A stretch of DNA of 64,000 nt from Candidatus Polarisedimenticolia bacterium. GTDB lineage: Bacteria; Acidobacteriota; Polarisedimenticolia; JACPZX01; DASXTC01. Every line of letters starts with the position of its first letter. Within the stretch, counting starts at the first letter, position 1. The notes beneath the pieces are model-generated. The model saw nothing but the letters and a program-made list of their open reading frames with translations. It did no database searches and had not been told where the DNA came from. The translations under genes were made by a program, and so were the position numbers. The DNA is taken from positions 29,107-93,106 of the forward strand of contig DASXTC010000010.1 in NCBI GenBank assembly GCA_036505635.1. Direction: 5' to 3'. Of this stretch, positions 38,452 through 50,711 are shown one piece after another.

Positions 38452-39705
38452 TCAGTGGGCCCGGATCTGGCGCCGCTTCATCGCTCCCAGGAGTCGGACG
38501 CCGGCCGGGGTCAGTAGCCCGCGCCCGCGGGCGTCGTCCAGATCGGAGAGGGAACCGGCGAGGGCCTTTCTTTCGAACTCGAGCTCCTTCCGGATCCAGC
38601 GCAGCGGCGGACGCAGGGAGGCCGGCGCATCGGAAAGCCGCTCCAGCAGCCGGGCGCGATAGCTGAAGGTGTAGGTCGCGTGGAGGATCCCTCGCAGCGG
38701 TCGCACGGTGCCCCGCCACGCCGAACGGTAGCGAGGCTCTCCGTCGTCGCGCACGAGCGGCCCGAGCTCCTCGAAGGCGTGAAGCTTGTGATGGATCGCC
38801 TCGTGCAGCAGGTCGTCGGTCAGATTGACGAGCGACTTGCCGGGGATCCTGATGAAGGAGACGCCCGGCCGGTCGGGCTGCGAGAAGCTCACGGTCGCCG
38901 GCTCGAACAAGGGGACCACGACCCGCGTGTGGGCGATCACCTCGCGGTGCCCCTCCTCCCAGACCAGGCCCAGGAGATCCAGCGCGCGCGCGAGCCTCTT
39001 GGACAGGCCTGGCACGTGGGCCCCCGGTCTTCTCCCCGAGCGTGCCGGCACGAGACGGCGCGCCAGGATGATCCCCGAGCGCCCCAGACGCTCGCGCGGC
39101 CGCGCCGTGAGGTTGCGCGACAGACCCGTGAATCGGGCGCCCCCGTCCACCAGCTCGGCGCGGGCGCCCCGGGAGAGCCGCAGCGTCACGGGCCTCCCCG
39201 TATCCAGATGGAGCTCTCCGGCCCCTCTTGCATCCTCCGCGTCGGGCGCAAGGTCGAGGGGGAAGGGGCCGAATCGAAGGGACTGCGGGGTCCATCCGAG
39301 CAGAAGGGACGGCAGCCGCGCGAAGACGCGGCGCGTGAGCCGCGCCGTCAGCGCGTCGGCACGCCGGTGAAAGCCCCCATCGAGCCTTCCGCCGGGAACC
39401 GCCTCGGCCAGATGGGCCCCCTCCGCGATCAGGTCGAAGAGGGTCATGGGATCGCCGCGCGCCGCGCGAAGCGAGATGGCCTCCTCGGCGGCGCAGAGCC
39501 ACGCCCGCAGGCCGGGGTGGAGGAGAAACCCGCGGCGTCTGGCCGAGCTCAGGTGCGAGAGGGTCGCGTCGAGGGCGCGAAGCGACTCCCGTTCCCAGAG
39601 AGCCGCCGGTTCCAGGAGGGCGGTGGCGCGGCGCGCGCGCCGCAGGTTCCGCGCGGCGAGCGGTGGCAGGAGCCTCGCGGTTTCCGGTGGAAGGAACGGG
39701 GCCAC
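38452..39705 (-). CDS. HExxH-domain protein (alpha-KG-HExxH peptide beta-hydroxylase family)
   Basis: DDLLHEAIHHKLH, YRSAWRGTVRPLRGILHATYTF, ATVSFS; GTG start 39705 inferred. Confidence 0.8.
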   Translation of the reverse strand: MAPFLPPETARLLPPLAARNLRRARRATALLEPAALWERESLRALDATLSHLSSARRRGFLLHPGLRAWLCAAEEAISLRAARGDPMTLFDLIAEGAHLAEAVPGGRLDGGFHRRADALTARLTRRVFARLPSLLLGWTPQSLRFGPFPLDLAPDAEDARGAGELHLDTGRPVTLRLSRGARAELVDGGARFTGLSRNLTARPRERLGRSGIILARRLVPARSGRRPGAHVPGLSKRLARALDLLGLVWEEGHREVIAHTRVVVPLFEPATVSFSQPDRPGVSFIRIPGKSLVNLTDDLLHEAIHHKLHAFEELGPLVRDDGEPRYRSAWRGTVRPLRGILHATYTFSYRARLLERLSDAPASLRPPLRWIRKELEFERKALAGSLSDLDDARGRGLLTPAGVRLLGAMKRRQIRAH

Positions 39706-39743
39706 GCCCCCGATGATATCCGATGACGGGTTCTCCAGGGCCT

Positions 39744-42185
<2,442 letters not shown>

Positions 42186-42192
42186 AGCGTGC

Positions 42193-44424
42193 TCATGATT
42201 CGGCGGTCTGCCCGGCGCGAGACCGGCTCAGCAACGCGCGCACCCGGGCGATGAGTCGCCGCGGTTCGACCGGCTTGAGGATGTAGTCGTCGGCGCCAAC
42301 GGCGAGACCCTCCGTCTCGCTATCGACGCTCGCTTCGCTGGTCAGCATCAGGATCCCCGCGTCGCGGGTCGTGGGATCGGACCGCAGGGCCTTCACCATC
42401 GCCATGCCGTCCATCCCCGGCATCTTGACGTCGCTCACCACGACGGCGGGCCGCTCCCTCCTCGCCATCTCGAGTCCTTGAAGCCCGTTCTCGGCGACGT
42501 GTACCTCGTAGCCCTCCAGCTCGAGGAAGTACTTCACGACCGAGGCCACCGTCGGACTGTCCTCGACGATGAGGATCTTGCTTGCCGCGCCCGAAGCTCC
42601 GGTGCGCGGGGCGGACTCCGTGGTCCTCGCACCGGCGACCGCGGCGCCGGGGACCTCTTCGGCGGGGGTGGCGCCCGCTGCGGCGCGGATCCCCTCCTGA
42701 CCCTGCGTCTCGTCGGCCGGCACCACGCGCAGGATCTCATCGAGCGTCGTGAACCCCATCGCGGCCTTCGCGATGGCGTCTTCCATCATCGTCCGCATCC
42801 CGGTCGTCCTGCCGGCCTCGCGGATCGCGTGGTCCGGTGCGCGGCGCGAGATCAGCTCCCGGACCGCTTCGGTGATCACGAGCAGCTCGTAGATCGCCAG
42901 GCGTCCTTTGTAGCCGGTCTGATGGCACTGCTCGCATCCCTCGCCCATGACCCACCGGGCATCCGCGGGCAGGTTCCCGGCCCCGCCGAACCGCTCCAGC
43001 ACCTCGGCGCTCGGCGTCTTCGGAGTGGAGCAGGCTGCGCAGGGGCGGCGCACGAGCCGCTGGGCCAGCACGCCGGAAAGTGACGAGGCCACGAGGAACG
43101 GCTCGACTCCCAGGTCCAGCAGCCGCGTGATCGTCGCGGGCGCGTCATTCGTGTGAACCGTGCTCAGCAGGAGGTGCCCGGTCTGTGACGCCTCCAGCGC
43201 GATGCCGGCGGTCTCCTGGTCCCGGATCTCTCCCACCAGGACGATGTTGGGATCCTGCCTCAAAATCGAGCGTAACCCCGCCGCGAAGGTGACGCCGGCC
43301 CGCGTGTTGATCTGGACCTGATTGATGCCCGGGAGCTGGAACTCGATGGGGTCCTCCACCGTGATGATGTTCTTCTCGGACGACTTGAGCCAGTTGAGCG
43401 ACGCGTACAGGGTGGAGGTCTTCCCGCTGCCCGTCGGGCCGGTCACCAGCAGCATCCCCTGCGGGCGCGACAGGAGCGCCTGCAGCTCGTGGAGGACCTC
43501 CGGCTGCATGCCGAGCTGGTCGATGTGGATCTGCGCCCGGCTGCTGTCGAGCAGGCGGATCACGATCTTCTCGCCGAACTGCGTGGGCAGGGTGGAGACC
43601 CTCAGATCGATCCTGCGCCCCTCGAACTTCAGGCGGCTGCGGCCGTCCTGGGGCCGGCGCCGCTCGGCGATGTCCATCCCGGAGATGACCTTGAGCCGCG
43701 AGACCGTCGAGTCCTGAAGGTCCCTCGGGATCTTGAGGACGTCGTGCAGGATCCCGTCCACGCGGTTGCGCACCTGGAGGAAGCTCTCCTGGGGCTCGAG
43801 GTGGATGTCGCTGGCGCCTCCCTTGGCCGCCTCGCTGAGGATCAGGTTGACCAGGCGCACGATCGGAGGGAGCTTCGTGTCGCGCGCCAGCCTGGCCGGA
43901 TCGAGAACCTCGTATTCGGCCTCGGGCGATACCTCCACCTCCCCGAGCGGACGGGTGCCCGTCAGCAGGTCGAAGGTCCTCTTCGTCTCCGAGGCCGCGT
44001 TGTGCAGCCGCTCCAGCAGCAGGAGGATGGAGGACTCGCTCCCGACCACCGGAACGATCTGCTTGCTCGTGCGGAACTCCAGATCCTGGATCGTAATCAA
44101 GTCGAGCGGATCGACCATCGCCAGCCGCAGCATCCTCCCCCGGACGTTGAGCGGCGCGATCAGGCGCTTGCGGCAGAACTCGACGGGGAGAAGCGACGCG
44201 ACCTCGGAGTCAAGCTCGGGTGGCTCGGGGCCCAGACGTTCCAGCTTCTCCTCGCGCGCGAGGACGGCGGCGACCCCCTCCTCGTCGGCGAGACCGAGCG
44301 TCGCGAGGATCCGGCCCAGCGACCCGCCCTCCTTCAAGTGCAGGACGCGCGCCCGCTCCAGCCCTTCGGCGTCCACGACGCCGGCGCGGAGCAGAATCTG
44401 GCCGACCATTTCCTGTCTGATCAT
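42193..44424 (-). CDS. GspE/PilB-family ATPase with MshEN-like N-terminus and C-terminal receiver domain
   Basis: [11 protein letters not shown] and [10 protein letters not shown]; [24 protein letters not shown], two CxxC; C-terminal ILIVEDS, SDVKMP, MLT, YILKP. Confidence 0.92.
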   Translation of the reverse strand: MIRQEMVGQILLRAGVVDAEGLERARVLHLKEGGSLGRILATLGLADEEGVAAVLAREEKLERLGPEPPELDSEVASLLPVEFCRKRLIAPLNVRGRMLRLAMVDPLDLITIQDLEFRTSKQIVPVVGSESSILLLLERLHNAASETKRTFDLLTGTRPLGEVEVSPEAEYEVLDPARLARDTKLPPIVRLVNLILSEAAKGGASDIHLEPQESFLQVRNRVDGILHDVLKIPRDLQDSTVSRLKVISGMDIAERRRPQDGRSRLKFEGRRIDLRVSTLPTQFGEKIVIRLLDSSRAQIHIDQLGMQPEVLHELQALLSRPQGMLLVTGPTGSGKTSTLYASLNWLKSSEKNIITVEDPIEFQLPGINQVQINTRAGVTFAAGLRSILRQDPNIVLVGEIRDQETAGIALEASQTGHLLLSTVHTNDAPATITRLLDLGVEPFLVASSLSGVLAQRLVRRPCAACSTPKTPSAEVLERFGGAGNLPADARWVMGEGCEQCHQTGYKGRLAIYELLVITEAVRELISRRAPDHAIREAGRTTGMRTMMEDAIAKAAMGFTTLDEILRVVPADETQGQEGIRAAAGATPAEEVPGAAVAGARTTESAPRTGASGAASKILIVEDSPTVASVVKYFLELEGYEVHVAENGLQGLEMARRERPAVVVSDVKMPGMDGMAMVKALRSDPTTRDAGILMLTSEASVDSETEGLAVGADDYILKPVEPRRLIARVRALLSRSRAGQTAES

Positions 44425-44501
44425 GTCGATGTCGCGGCCAGGGGCATGGGGGATCCATTGCGTCGAAGCGCCGGCATGAGGAATCGCTTCCGTCACCGAC
44501 G

Positions 44502-44521
44502 GCGGCAATATGCGGCAATAT
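44502..44521. repeat. Perfect tandem 10-bp direct repeat upstream of the PilB-REC gene
   Basis: gcggcaatat gcggcaatat, AT-rich against the background; contains CATATT/TATATT on the minus strand. Confidence 0.7.
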
Positions 44522-44604
44522 AAGGACGCGGGTAGGAAGCGACAACCCTTGCGGGGCGGACGTTTCAACGGACAGTGAATGATCGAAGGAGGAGCGGATC
44601 CCTC

Positions 44605-45399
44605 TCACGCCATGACGGTGCCGCCGTTCACCGAGACGACCGCGCCTGTCATGAACGCGGAGAGGTCCGAGGCGGCGAAAAGAACGGCGCCGGCGATCTC
44701 TTCCGGGCGTCCGACCCGTCCGAGCGGGATCGTCCTCTCGATCGCCGCGCGCCCGCCGTCCGCGAAGGCCCCGGCGCTCATCTCGGTGTCGACCCACCCG
44801 GGAGCCACGCAGTTGACGCGGATGCCGTGAGCGGCCAGCTCCGTGGCCAGGGACCTCGTGAAGGCGATCGCCGCGCCCTTCGTCGCGGCGTAGTCCGAGT
44901 GGAACGCCTCGCCCCTCTGGCCCGCCGTGGAGGCGATGTTGACGATCCGCCCGGAGCCCGCCCGCCTCATGTGGGGGATGACGGCGCGGGAGCAGAGGAA
45001 CATGGACCGCATGTTGATCGCGAAGGTGCGCTCCCAGTCCTCAAGGCTCAGCTCGTCCACCGGCCGGCCCTCCCAGATCCCGGCGTTATTGACGAGGATC
45101 GTGGGCGGCCCCAGCTCCGAGGCGGCGCGGGCCACCATCCCGCCCACCTGCGTCTCGTCCGAGATCTCGGCTCGCATGGCCACGGCCGTCCCTCCCTCCG
45201 CCCGGATCGTCGCGACCACCTGCGCGGCGTCCTCCTCCCGTGTACGATACTGGAGGGCCACGCGCGCCCCCGCGCGCGCGAACAGCAGGCTTATGGCCCG
45301 GCCGATGCCGCGGGATCCCCCCGTGATGAGCGCCGTGCGATCCTCGAGCGTGAGGCGCACTGCGCGCGCGCCTGAATCCGGGACGGGAAGGTCGGGCAT
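44605..45399 (-). CDS. SDR-family oxidoreductase (FabG-like)
   Basis: ATG 45399 after AGGAGG; TGGSRGIG, NNAG, YAATK, VNCVAPG. Confidence 0.92.
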   Translation of the reverse strand: MPDLPVPDSGARAVRLTLEDRTALITGGSRGIGRAISLLFARAGARVALQYRTREEDAAQVVATIRAEGGTAVAMRAEISDETQVGGMVARAASELGPPTILVNNAGIWEGRPVDELSLEDWERTFAINMRSMFLCSRAVIPHMRRAGSGRIVNIASTAGQRGEAFHSDYAATKGAAIAFTRSLATELAAHGIRVNCVAPGWVDTEMSAGAFADGGRAAIERTIPLGRVGRPEEIAGAVLFAASDLSAFMTGAVVSVNGGTVMA

Positions 45400-45456
45400 G
45401 GCGTTCCTCCTGATCGAGCTCCACATGATACCGGATCGGCCGGACAGGATACGGGC

Positions 45457-46614
45457 GTGAACGGGACGGCTCCGCGCAGGACCTCCTGGAAGGCGGCGAT
45501 GCTGATGCTCGCCGTCTCGATTCTCGTGTCGGCGGCGGCGGGCGAGGCCATGGTGCGTCTGGCGAGACCTGAGTTCGTGGCGGGGCCCGATCCGGTCTCC
45601 AACCCCTTCTGGCGTTACGACGCCGATCTGGGCTGGAGTCACATACCGGGCGCGGTGGGGACCTTCTCGCGGCAGGAGTTCTCGCACCCGGTCCGGATCA
45701 ACAGCGCCGGCTGGCGCGACCGCGAGCGCACGCTGGACAAGCCCTCGGGTCTCTTCCGGATCGTGGTCCTGGGAGACTCCTACACGTGGGGACACGGTGT
45801 CGGCGACGAGGAGATCTTCACTAGGCTGCTCGAGAGGCTCCTGCCTGGCGTCGAGGTGCTCAACCTCGGGCTGAGCGCCTCGGCCACCGATCAGCAGCTC
45901 CTGATCCTGCGAGCTCACGGCCTCGCGTACCACCCCGACCTGGTCCTCGTGATGGTGAGCCGCAACGACTTCATCGGCAACGTTGAGACCATGGAGGGAA
46001 GCTACCCCAAACCGGTCTTCCGGCTGGAGGAAGGGGGCGTGCTGCGCCTGAGCAACGTGCCGGTGGCACGGGTCTCATGGCTCTCGCGCGTCCACTACCA
46101 GCTGCGCCGGCGCTCCGGGCTCCTGAACCTCATCGAATCCCTGCTCCAGGGGCGCGCCGAGAGCGGGGCCCCGGCCGCGCAGGGGGAGTCGCGAGCCGAT
46201 CCCTACGCCGTGACCTGCGCGCTGCTGGGCGAGATGCACCGTGAGGCACGGGGGGCCGGCGCTTCCTTCGCGCTGGGGCTCGCTCCCTCCAACGCGCACA
46301 CGTACCTGGACCCGATTCCCCCGCTGGAAGCGAAACGTTTTCAGGTCATCCGTGACTTCGGGGCGCGGGAGGCGGTGCCGGTGCTCGATCTGGTTCCGGC
46401 TTTCCGCATGGCGGCCCGGGCCGGCGGCCGCACCGATCTCCATTATCCGCTCGACAAACACTGGAACGCTGCGGGTCACGTGGTGGCGGCGCGGGAGCTG
46501 GCGCGACTCCTCGTGGAGATGAAGCTGATCCCCGCAGGGGGACGCCGCCGGGCTGGTGGGGCCGGCGGCGTGGCCTATAATGTCCGCGCCTTCCAGGTGA
46601 ATCGGGCACTCTGA
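45457..46614 (+). CDS. Membrane-anchored SGNH/GDSL hydrolase or acyltransferase
   Basis: N-terminal TM; VVLGDSYTWG, NLG, RND, DKHWNAAGH. Confidence 0.88.
   Translation: MNGTAPRRTSWKAAMLMLAVSILVSAAAGEAMVRLARPEFVAGPDPVSNPFWRYDADLGWSHIPGAVGTFSRQEFSHPVRINSAGWRDRERTLDKPSGLFRIVVLGDSYTWGHGVGDEEIFTRLLERLLPGVEVLNLGLSASATDQQLLILRAHGLAYHPDLVLVMVSRNDFIGNVETMEGSYPKPVFRLEEGGVLRLSNVPVARVSWLSRVHYQLRRRSGLLNLIESLLQGRAESGAPAAQGESRADPYAVTCALLGEMHREARGAGASFALGLAPSNAHTYLDPIPPLEAKRFQVIRDFGAREAVPVLDLVPAFRMAARAGGRTDLHYPLDKHWNAAGHVVAARELARLLVEMKLIPAGGRRRAGGAGGVAYNVRAFQVNRAL
46576..46581 (+). promoter_or_regulatory. Consensus -10 (TATAAT) upstream of the TPR gene
   Basis: Exact TATAAT in a high-GC background, 41 nt before ATG 46623, inside the 3' end of the SGNH gene. 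Confidence 0.45.
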
Positions 46615-46622
46615 GGAACTCG

Positions 46623-48578
46623 ATGCAGACCCTCGCGACGCTTCTGTCGATGACGCTCTGTCTGGCGACCGGGCCGGCCCCATCCTCTTCTCCGCACCCG
46701 TCGCCGGGCGAATCGGCGCCGATGCCGGATGAGACGGCGCCCAGGATGATCTACCTGCCCCCCCTCGTGACAGGCCGGCTCGACCCGGGGCTGGCCGTCG
46801 TGCTGCCGGGGCTCGTCGCCGCCTCGCTGGAGTCCGGGGGCGGCTACCAGGTCACGGGGACGGGGGAGGGTGCAGAGTGGAGGCTCGACCTGACTCTGTC
46901 GGGGAGGGGGCCATGGCGGATCTCGGCCCGGGCCGCGCCGGCCGACGCCGCAGTCAAGGGCCCGCGCGTCGCCACGAAGAAGATCTCCTTCAGCGGGCGC
47001 GAGGACCTCACCCGCGCCGTGGAGGAGCTGACCGCCCGGCTCGAGGAACAATGGAGCGCCTCGGGCCGCCCGGCAGGGGCGGCCGCCCCGGTCCCTCTGG
47101 CCCGTGCGCTTTCCCCTTCGACCGTGGCGGTGGATGGCTACCTCGGGGCGCTGGCCGCGCTGCGATCCACGGACGCCTCGAGGGCGACCGGGTTGCTGGA
47201 TCAGGCCCTCGCCGCCGATCCCTCCTTCGTGCTGGCCGCCGCGCAACGGATCCGGATCCACCTTGCTTCAGTGGAGGTGGACGGGGCGCGTGCGGTGCTC
47301 GCGAAGATGACGCCGCGGCCGGCCGCGCAGAGCTCCCCCCTCTCCAGCGAGATCTCCGGCTCCCTGCCAATCCTGCTGCGCGGCCCCGTGGGGAGCCTCC
47401 CCGAGGGCGACGACCGGATGCTCGAGAAGGCCCCGCGCAATCTCTGGGCGAGGACCATGAGGGCGATCGCCCTGAGCGAGCTGGGCCGGCACGCCGAGGC
47501 GATGAAGGAATGGCGATCCATCGTGGACGCTCAGCCCGACGATGTCGCCAACCGGGCCTTCCTTGGTCGCTCCCTGATGGCCACGGGGGATTTCGCGACG
47601 GCGGCCGCCGAGCTGGAGCGCGCCCGGAAGGCCTGGCCCTCGAACCTAATCTTGTACACGCTGCAGGCCGAATGCCTCGCGAGAGTTCGGGACACGGAGG
47701 GAGCGCGCAGGGTCCTGGTCGAGATGAAGGACTACGCCGTCGCGCATGACGTGACGGCCACTTCCGATGCCCTCAACCCATTCCTGCTGATTGGGTCGGT
47801 CGACCTCCTGGAAGGGAAGTTCTCGGCGGCACTCAAGCGGTTCGAGGAGGCGGCCGAGATGAAGTCAAAGTCGGGCGAGCCGATCGGCCCGATGGGCACG
47901 TTGCTCCAGACCATCGTGGAGATGCGCCGTGACCTGGTCTCGAGCCGCGACAGGCTGACGCGCACTCGCCAGATCGGCGACGCGGAGAAGGCGCTCGATC
48001 GCTACGAGGCCTCGCTTCCGCCCGAACAGCGCGCATCCAGGGAAATGGAGATCCAGAGGCTCCGGGGCCTCATCATGATAAAGAAGGACGACACCGTCGG
48101 GGCCTGGAAGCTCGTGGACCGGATGAAGGCGGGCGCGGGCCAGCCCGGTTACTCCGCCTACGACGAGGCCTACCTGTCGGCCGCCGCCGCGTTGAAGGAG
48201 GATGACGTGGAGGGGGGGCTCGCGCATTTCGAGCGTGCCGCGAAGGCGCGCGGGATGCTGGTGGACTTCATGGATCTCGGCGAGGCCCAGCTCGCCCTGC
48301 GCAGATTCGACGAGGCACGCGCGAGCTTCGAGAGGATCGAGAAGGAGCTCGAGCGCTGGGTCCCCGCGGCGCGTGCGGGCCTGATTCTCGCCGACCCGCA
48401 CCTGGCGGCGATGGTGCCGAATTATCAGTACGTCCGGGCCCGCCTCGCGTATGAGACCGGGGACGGCACCGAGTCACGCCGCTACTTCAACCACATGCTC
48501 AAGTACCTGCGGAAGCCGGACGAGCAGTTCACGGCGATGGTGAAGGAAGCGATCGAGAGAGGAGCTTCGCCGGAGTAG
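46623..48578 (+). CDS. Secreted TPR-repeat protein
   Basis: Signal peptide; small N-terminal alpha/beta domain; multiple TPR-like helical repeats. Confidence 0.8.
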   Translation: MQTLATLLSMTLCLATGPAPSSSPHPSPGESAPMPDETAPRMIYLPPLVTGRLDPGLAVVLPGLVAASLESGGGYQVTGTGEGAEWRLDLTLSGRGPWRISARAAPADAAVKGPRVATKKISFSGREDLTRAVEELTARLEEQWSASGRPAGAAAPVPLARALSPSTVAVDGYLGALAALRSTDASRATGLLDQALAADPSFVLAAAQRIRIHLASVEVDGARAVLAKMTPRPAAQSSPLSSEISGSLPILLRGPVGSLPEGDDRMLEKAPRNLWARTMRAIALSELGRHAEAMKEWRSIVDAQPDDVANRAFLGRSLMATGDFATAAAELERARKAWPSNLILYTLQAECLARVRDTEGARRVLVEMKDYAVAHDVTATSDALNPFLLIGSVDLLEGKFSAALKRFEEAAEMKSKSGEPIGPMGTLLQTIVEMRRDLVSSRDRLTRTRQIGDAEKALDRYEASLPPEQRASREMEIQRLRGLIMIKKDDTVGAWKLVDRMKAGAGQPGYSAYDEAYLSAAAALKEDDVEGGLAHFERAAKARGMLVDFMDLGEAQLALRRFDEARASFERIEKELERWVPAARAGLILADPHLAAMVPNYQYVRARLAYETGDGTESRRYFNHMLKYLRKPDEQFTAMVKEAIERGASPE

Positions 48579-48583
48579 GATGT

Positions 48584-48636
48584 ATGAAGAGGCGGCCCGG
48601 TCACTCCACTCACAATCTGCCGGGCCGCCTCCTCAT
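48584..48636. terminator. Long hairpin between convergent genes (terminator or part of a small RNA)
   Basis: gaggcggcccgg / ccgggccgcctc 12-bp perfect stem, extended by 4 more pairs after one mismatch; 19-nt loop. Confidence 0.5.
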
Positions 48637-48743
48637 CGGGGCCCCCGGCCCGGCACGATATCCAGGGACCCCTCACTCTGGTTTCGCCCGGTTTAGACAC
48701 GGCCCGCGGCAAAAAGATTACCTCCCCGTTCCCATGGTTCCGG

Positions 48744-50711
48744 TCAGTTGACATAGCCGAGCGATCTGAGATTGCGGATCACCTCCTCGGGCAGGTCGGC
48801 GTTCGGGGTCTCGCTCAGGCGGGGCCGGCCGGCGCCGCGCTCGCGCCAGGCCCGCAGACGCGCCATCAGCTCGTCGACCACCTCGGGATGGTCGCGGTCG
48901 AGGTTCCTCATCTCGGCTGGGTCGGTCTCCAGATCGTAGAGCTCGAATCGGCTCAGGTGCTCGCGTCCCGTCCTGGCCAGCTCGAACGCCTTCTGCTTGC
49001 GGTTCATATTGAGGGCCGAGCGCAGATCCCACCGGCCGGGCGTCCGGTCAAACCCCGTGGGGTTCTCGATCAGCTTCCAGCGCCGAGTCCTGATCGCCGT
49101 GCGCAGGGCGCCGGCCACGGTCCCCGCCTCGATGTAGGCGGCAAGCTCCACGTTCCGCTCGGGCCGCTCCATTCCCATCGCGAGATCCCAGAAGCCCTGC
49201 ACCTCCATCTCGCGCTGGACCGGCAGGCCGAGGGAGGCCAGCACGGTGGGCGCCACCCCGGCGATCTCGATCACCTCCGAGACGGTCGCGCCCGCGGCAA
49301 GACGGCCGGGGAGCGCCATCATCAGCGGGACGCGCGCGTTGTCCTCGTAGCTGAACTCGCCGTGCGAGAAGAAGACCTCGTGCTCGGAGAGCGCCTCGCC
49401 GTGGTCGGCCGTGAAGATCACGAGGGTGTCGCCGGCGAGCCCCATCTCGCTCACCGACGCAAGGAGGCGGCCGAGGTGGTGATCCAGGTAGGCGATCTCG
49501 CCGTCGTAGCGGGAGATGTAATAGCCCACGTCGGTGGCTCTTTCGGGCAGACGCACCGAGGGGCGGATCGATCCGATCGAGTCGTCCCCCAGCCCCACCT
49601 TGATACCGGCATGCCTGCGCGAGAACGGGTCGTCGACGAACATCTCGGAGAAGGGGAGTGGCGGGGAGTAGGGCGCGTGCGGGTCGATATAGTGGACGTA
49701 GAGGAAGAAGGGACGCCCGGGCTGAGAATCCCGCCGGGCCTTCAGCCAGCTCAGGGCGTGGTCGGTGACCCCCCGCGCGTCGCTCAGGTTCGGGTCGGCC
49801 CAGATCTCGTCCACCGACTCGAATCCCTGGTCGAAGCCAAAGGCGGCCCCGACGTTGGAGTTGGCGACGATCGAGTGGGTCGAGAATCCACGGGCCTTGA
49901 GGATCTCCGCCAGAGTCGTCAGGTCGCCGGGCAAGGTCGTGCGGCAGGTCACGATGCCATGGGTGTAAGGCCATGCTCCCGTGAAGAGGGAAGCCACGCT
50001 GGGGCTGGTCTTCGTCTTGGCCACGATGGCGTTGGTGAAGGTGACGCCCGAGCGCGCGAAGCGCGACAGCTCCGGGCTCGTGGGGCGTTCGTATCCGTAC
50101 AGCGACAGATGATCGGCGCGCAGCGTGTCGGCGAGGATCAGGATGACGTTGCGGGGGGGGGCAGGCCCATCCGTCATCGAATTAGGATCGATCGTTGCGG
50201 GGGGAGCCGCGACGTGGGGGTGCGGATTCAGCGGGCGTGGGGGGCCCGGCACGAAGCCCGGAGCTCCCACCAGGATCATGAGGCCGAGGCAGGTGGCCGC
50301 GACACGGCCCGGGCGTCGGTGGCGGGACGCCAACGCTCCCATCGCCGCGAACAGACCAAGCCCCCAGATCAGCAGTGACACCTGCACGACGGGGGAAAAC
50401 CAGACATCGGCCATGATCGTCCTTGTCCAGGAGCGAGCGTAGACGATCCCGATCAGACCGCTCACCAGCGCGGCGGGCCACTCCGGGGCCATGTCGAGCC
50501 GGCGGCGGATCAGCTCGGCGGGCCACCCGAGGATCGCCCCGGCGACCGACCCCGCGATCGCATAGGCGGCGACGAACTTGGCGAGTGAGAGGGCCCGCGC
50601 CGCCGCGCCGGCGCCGAACGGATCGAAGATGACGGCGAGCAGGATACCCTCGACAAGCCCCGCCGCGCCGGTGACCAGGGCGACCGCCAGAGCCGTCCGG
50701 GCCAGGCTCAT
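48744..50711 (-). CDS. Membrane-anchored alkaline-phosphatase-superfamily ('sulfatase-like') enzyme with Thr nucleophile
   Basis: ATG 50711 overlaps the upstream stop; 4-5 N-terminal TM; LILADTLRADHL, KTKTSPSVASLFTG, YVHYIDPHAPY, TADHGE. Confidence 0.88.
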   Translation of the reverse strand: MSLARTALAVALVTGAAGLVEGILLAVIFDPFGAGAAARALSLAKFVAAYAIAGSVAGAILGWPAELIRRRLDMAPEWPAALVSGLIGIVYARSWTRTIMADVWFSPVVQVSLLIWGLGLFAAMGALASRHRRPGRVAATCLGLMILVGAPGFVPGPPRPLNPHPHVAAPPATIDPNSMTDGPAPPRNVILILADTLRADHLSLYGYERPTSPELSRFARSGVTFTNAIVAKTKTSPSVASLFTGAWPYTHGIVTCRTTLPGDLTTLAEILKARGFSTHSIVANSNVGAAFGFDQGFESVDEIWADPNLSDARGVTDHALSWLKARRDSQPGRPFFLYVHYIDPHAPYSPPLPFSEMFVDDPFSRRHAGIKVGLGDDSIGSIRPSVRLPERATDVGYYISRYDGEIAYLDHHLGRLLASVSEMGLAGDTLVIFTADHGEALSEHEVFFSHGEFSYEDNARVPLMMALPGRLAAGATVSEVIEIAGVAPTVLASLGLPVQREMEVQGFWDLAMGMERPERNVELAAYIEAGTVAGALRTAIRTRRWKLIENPTGFDRTPGRWDLRSALNMNRKQKAFELARTGREHLSRFELYDLETDPAEMRNLDRDHPEVVDELMARLRAWRERGAGRPRLSETPNADLPEEVIRNLRSLGYVN

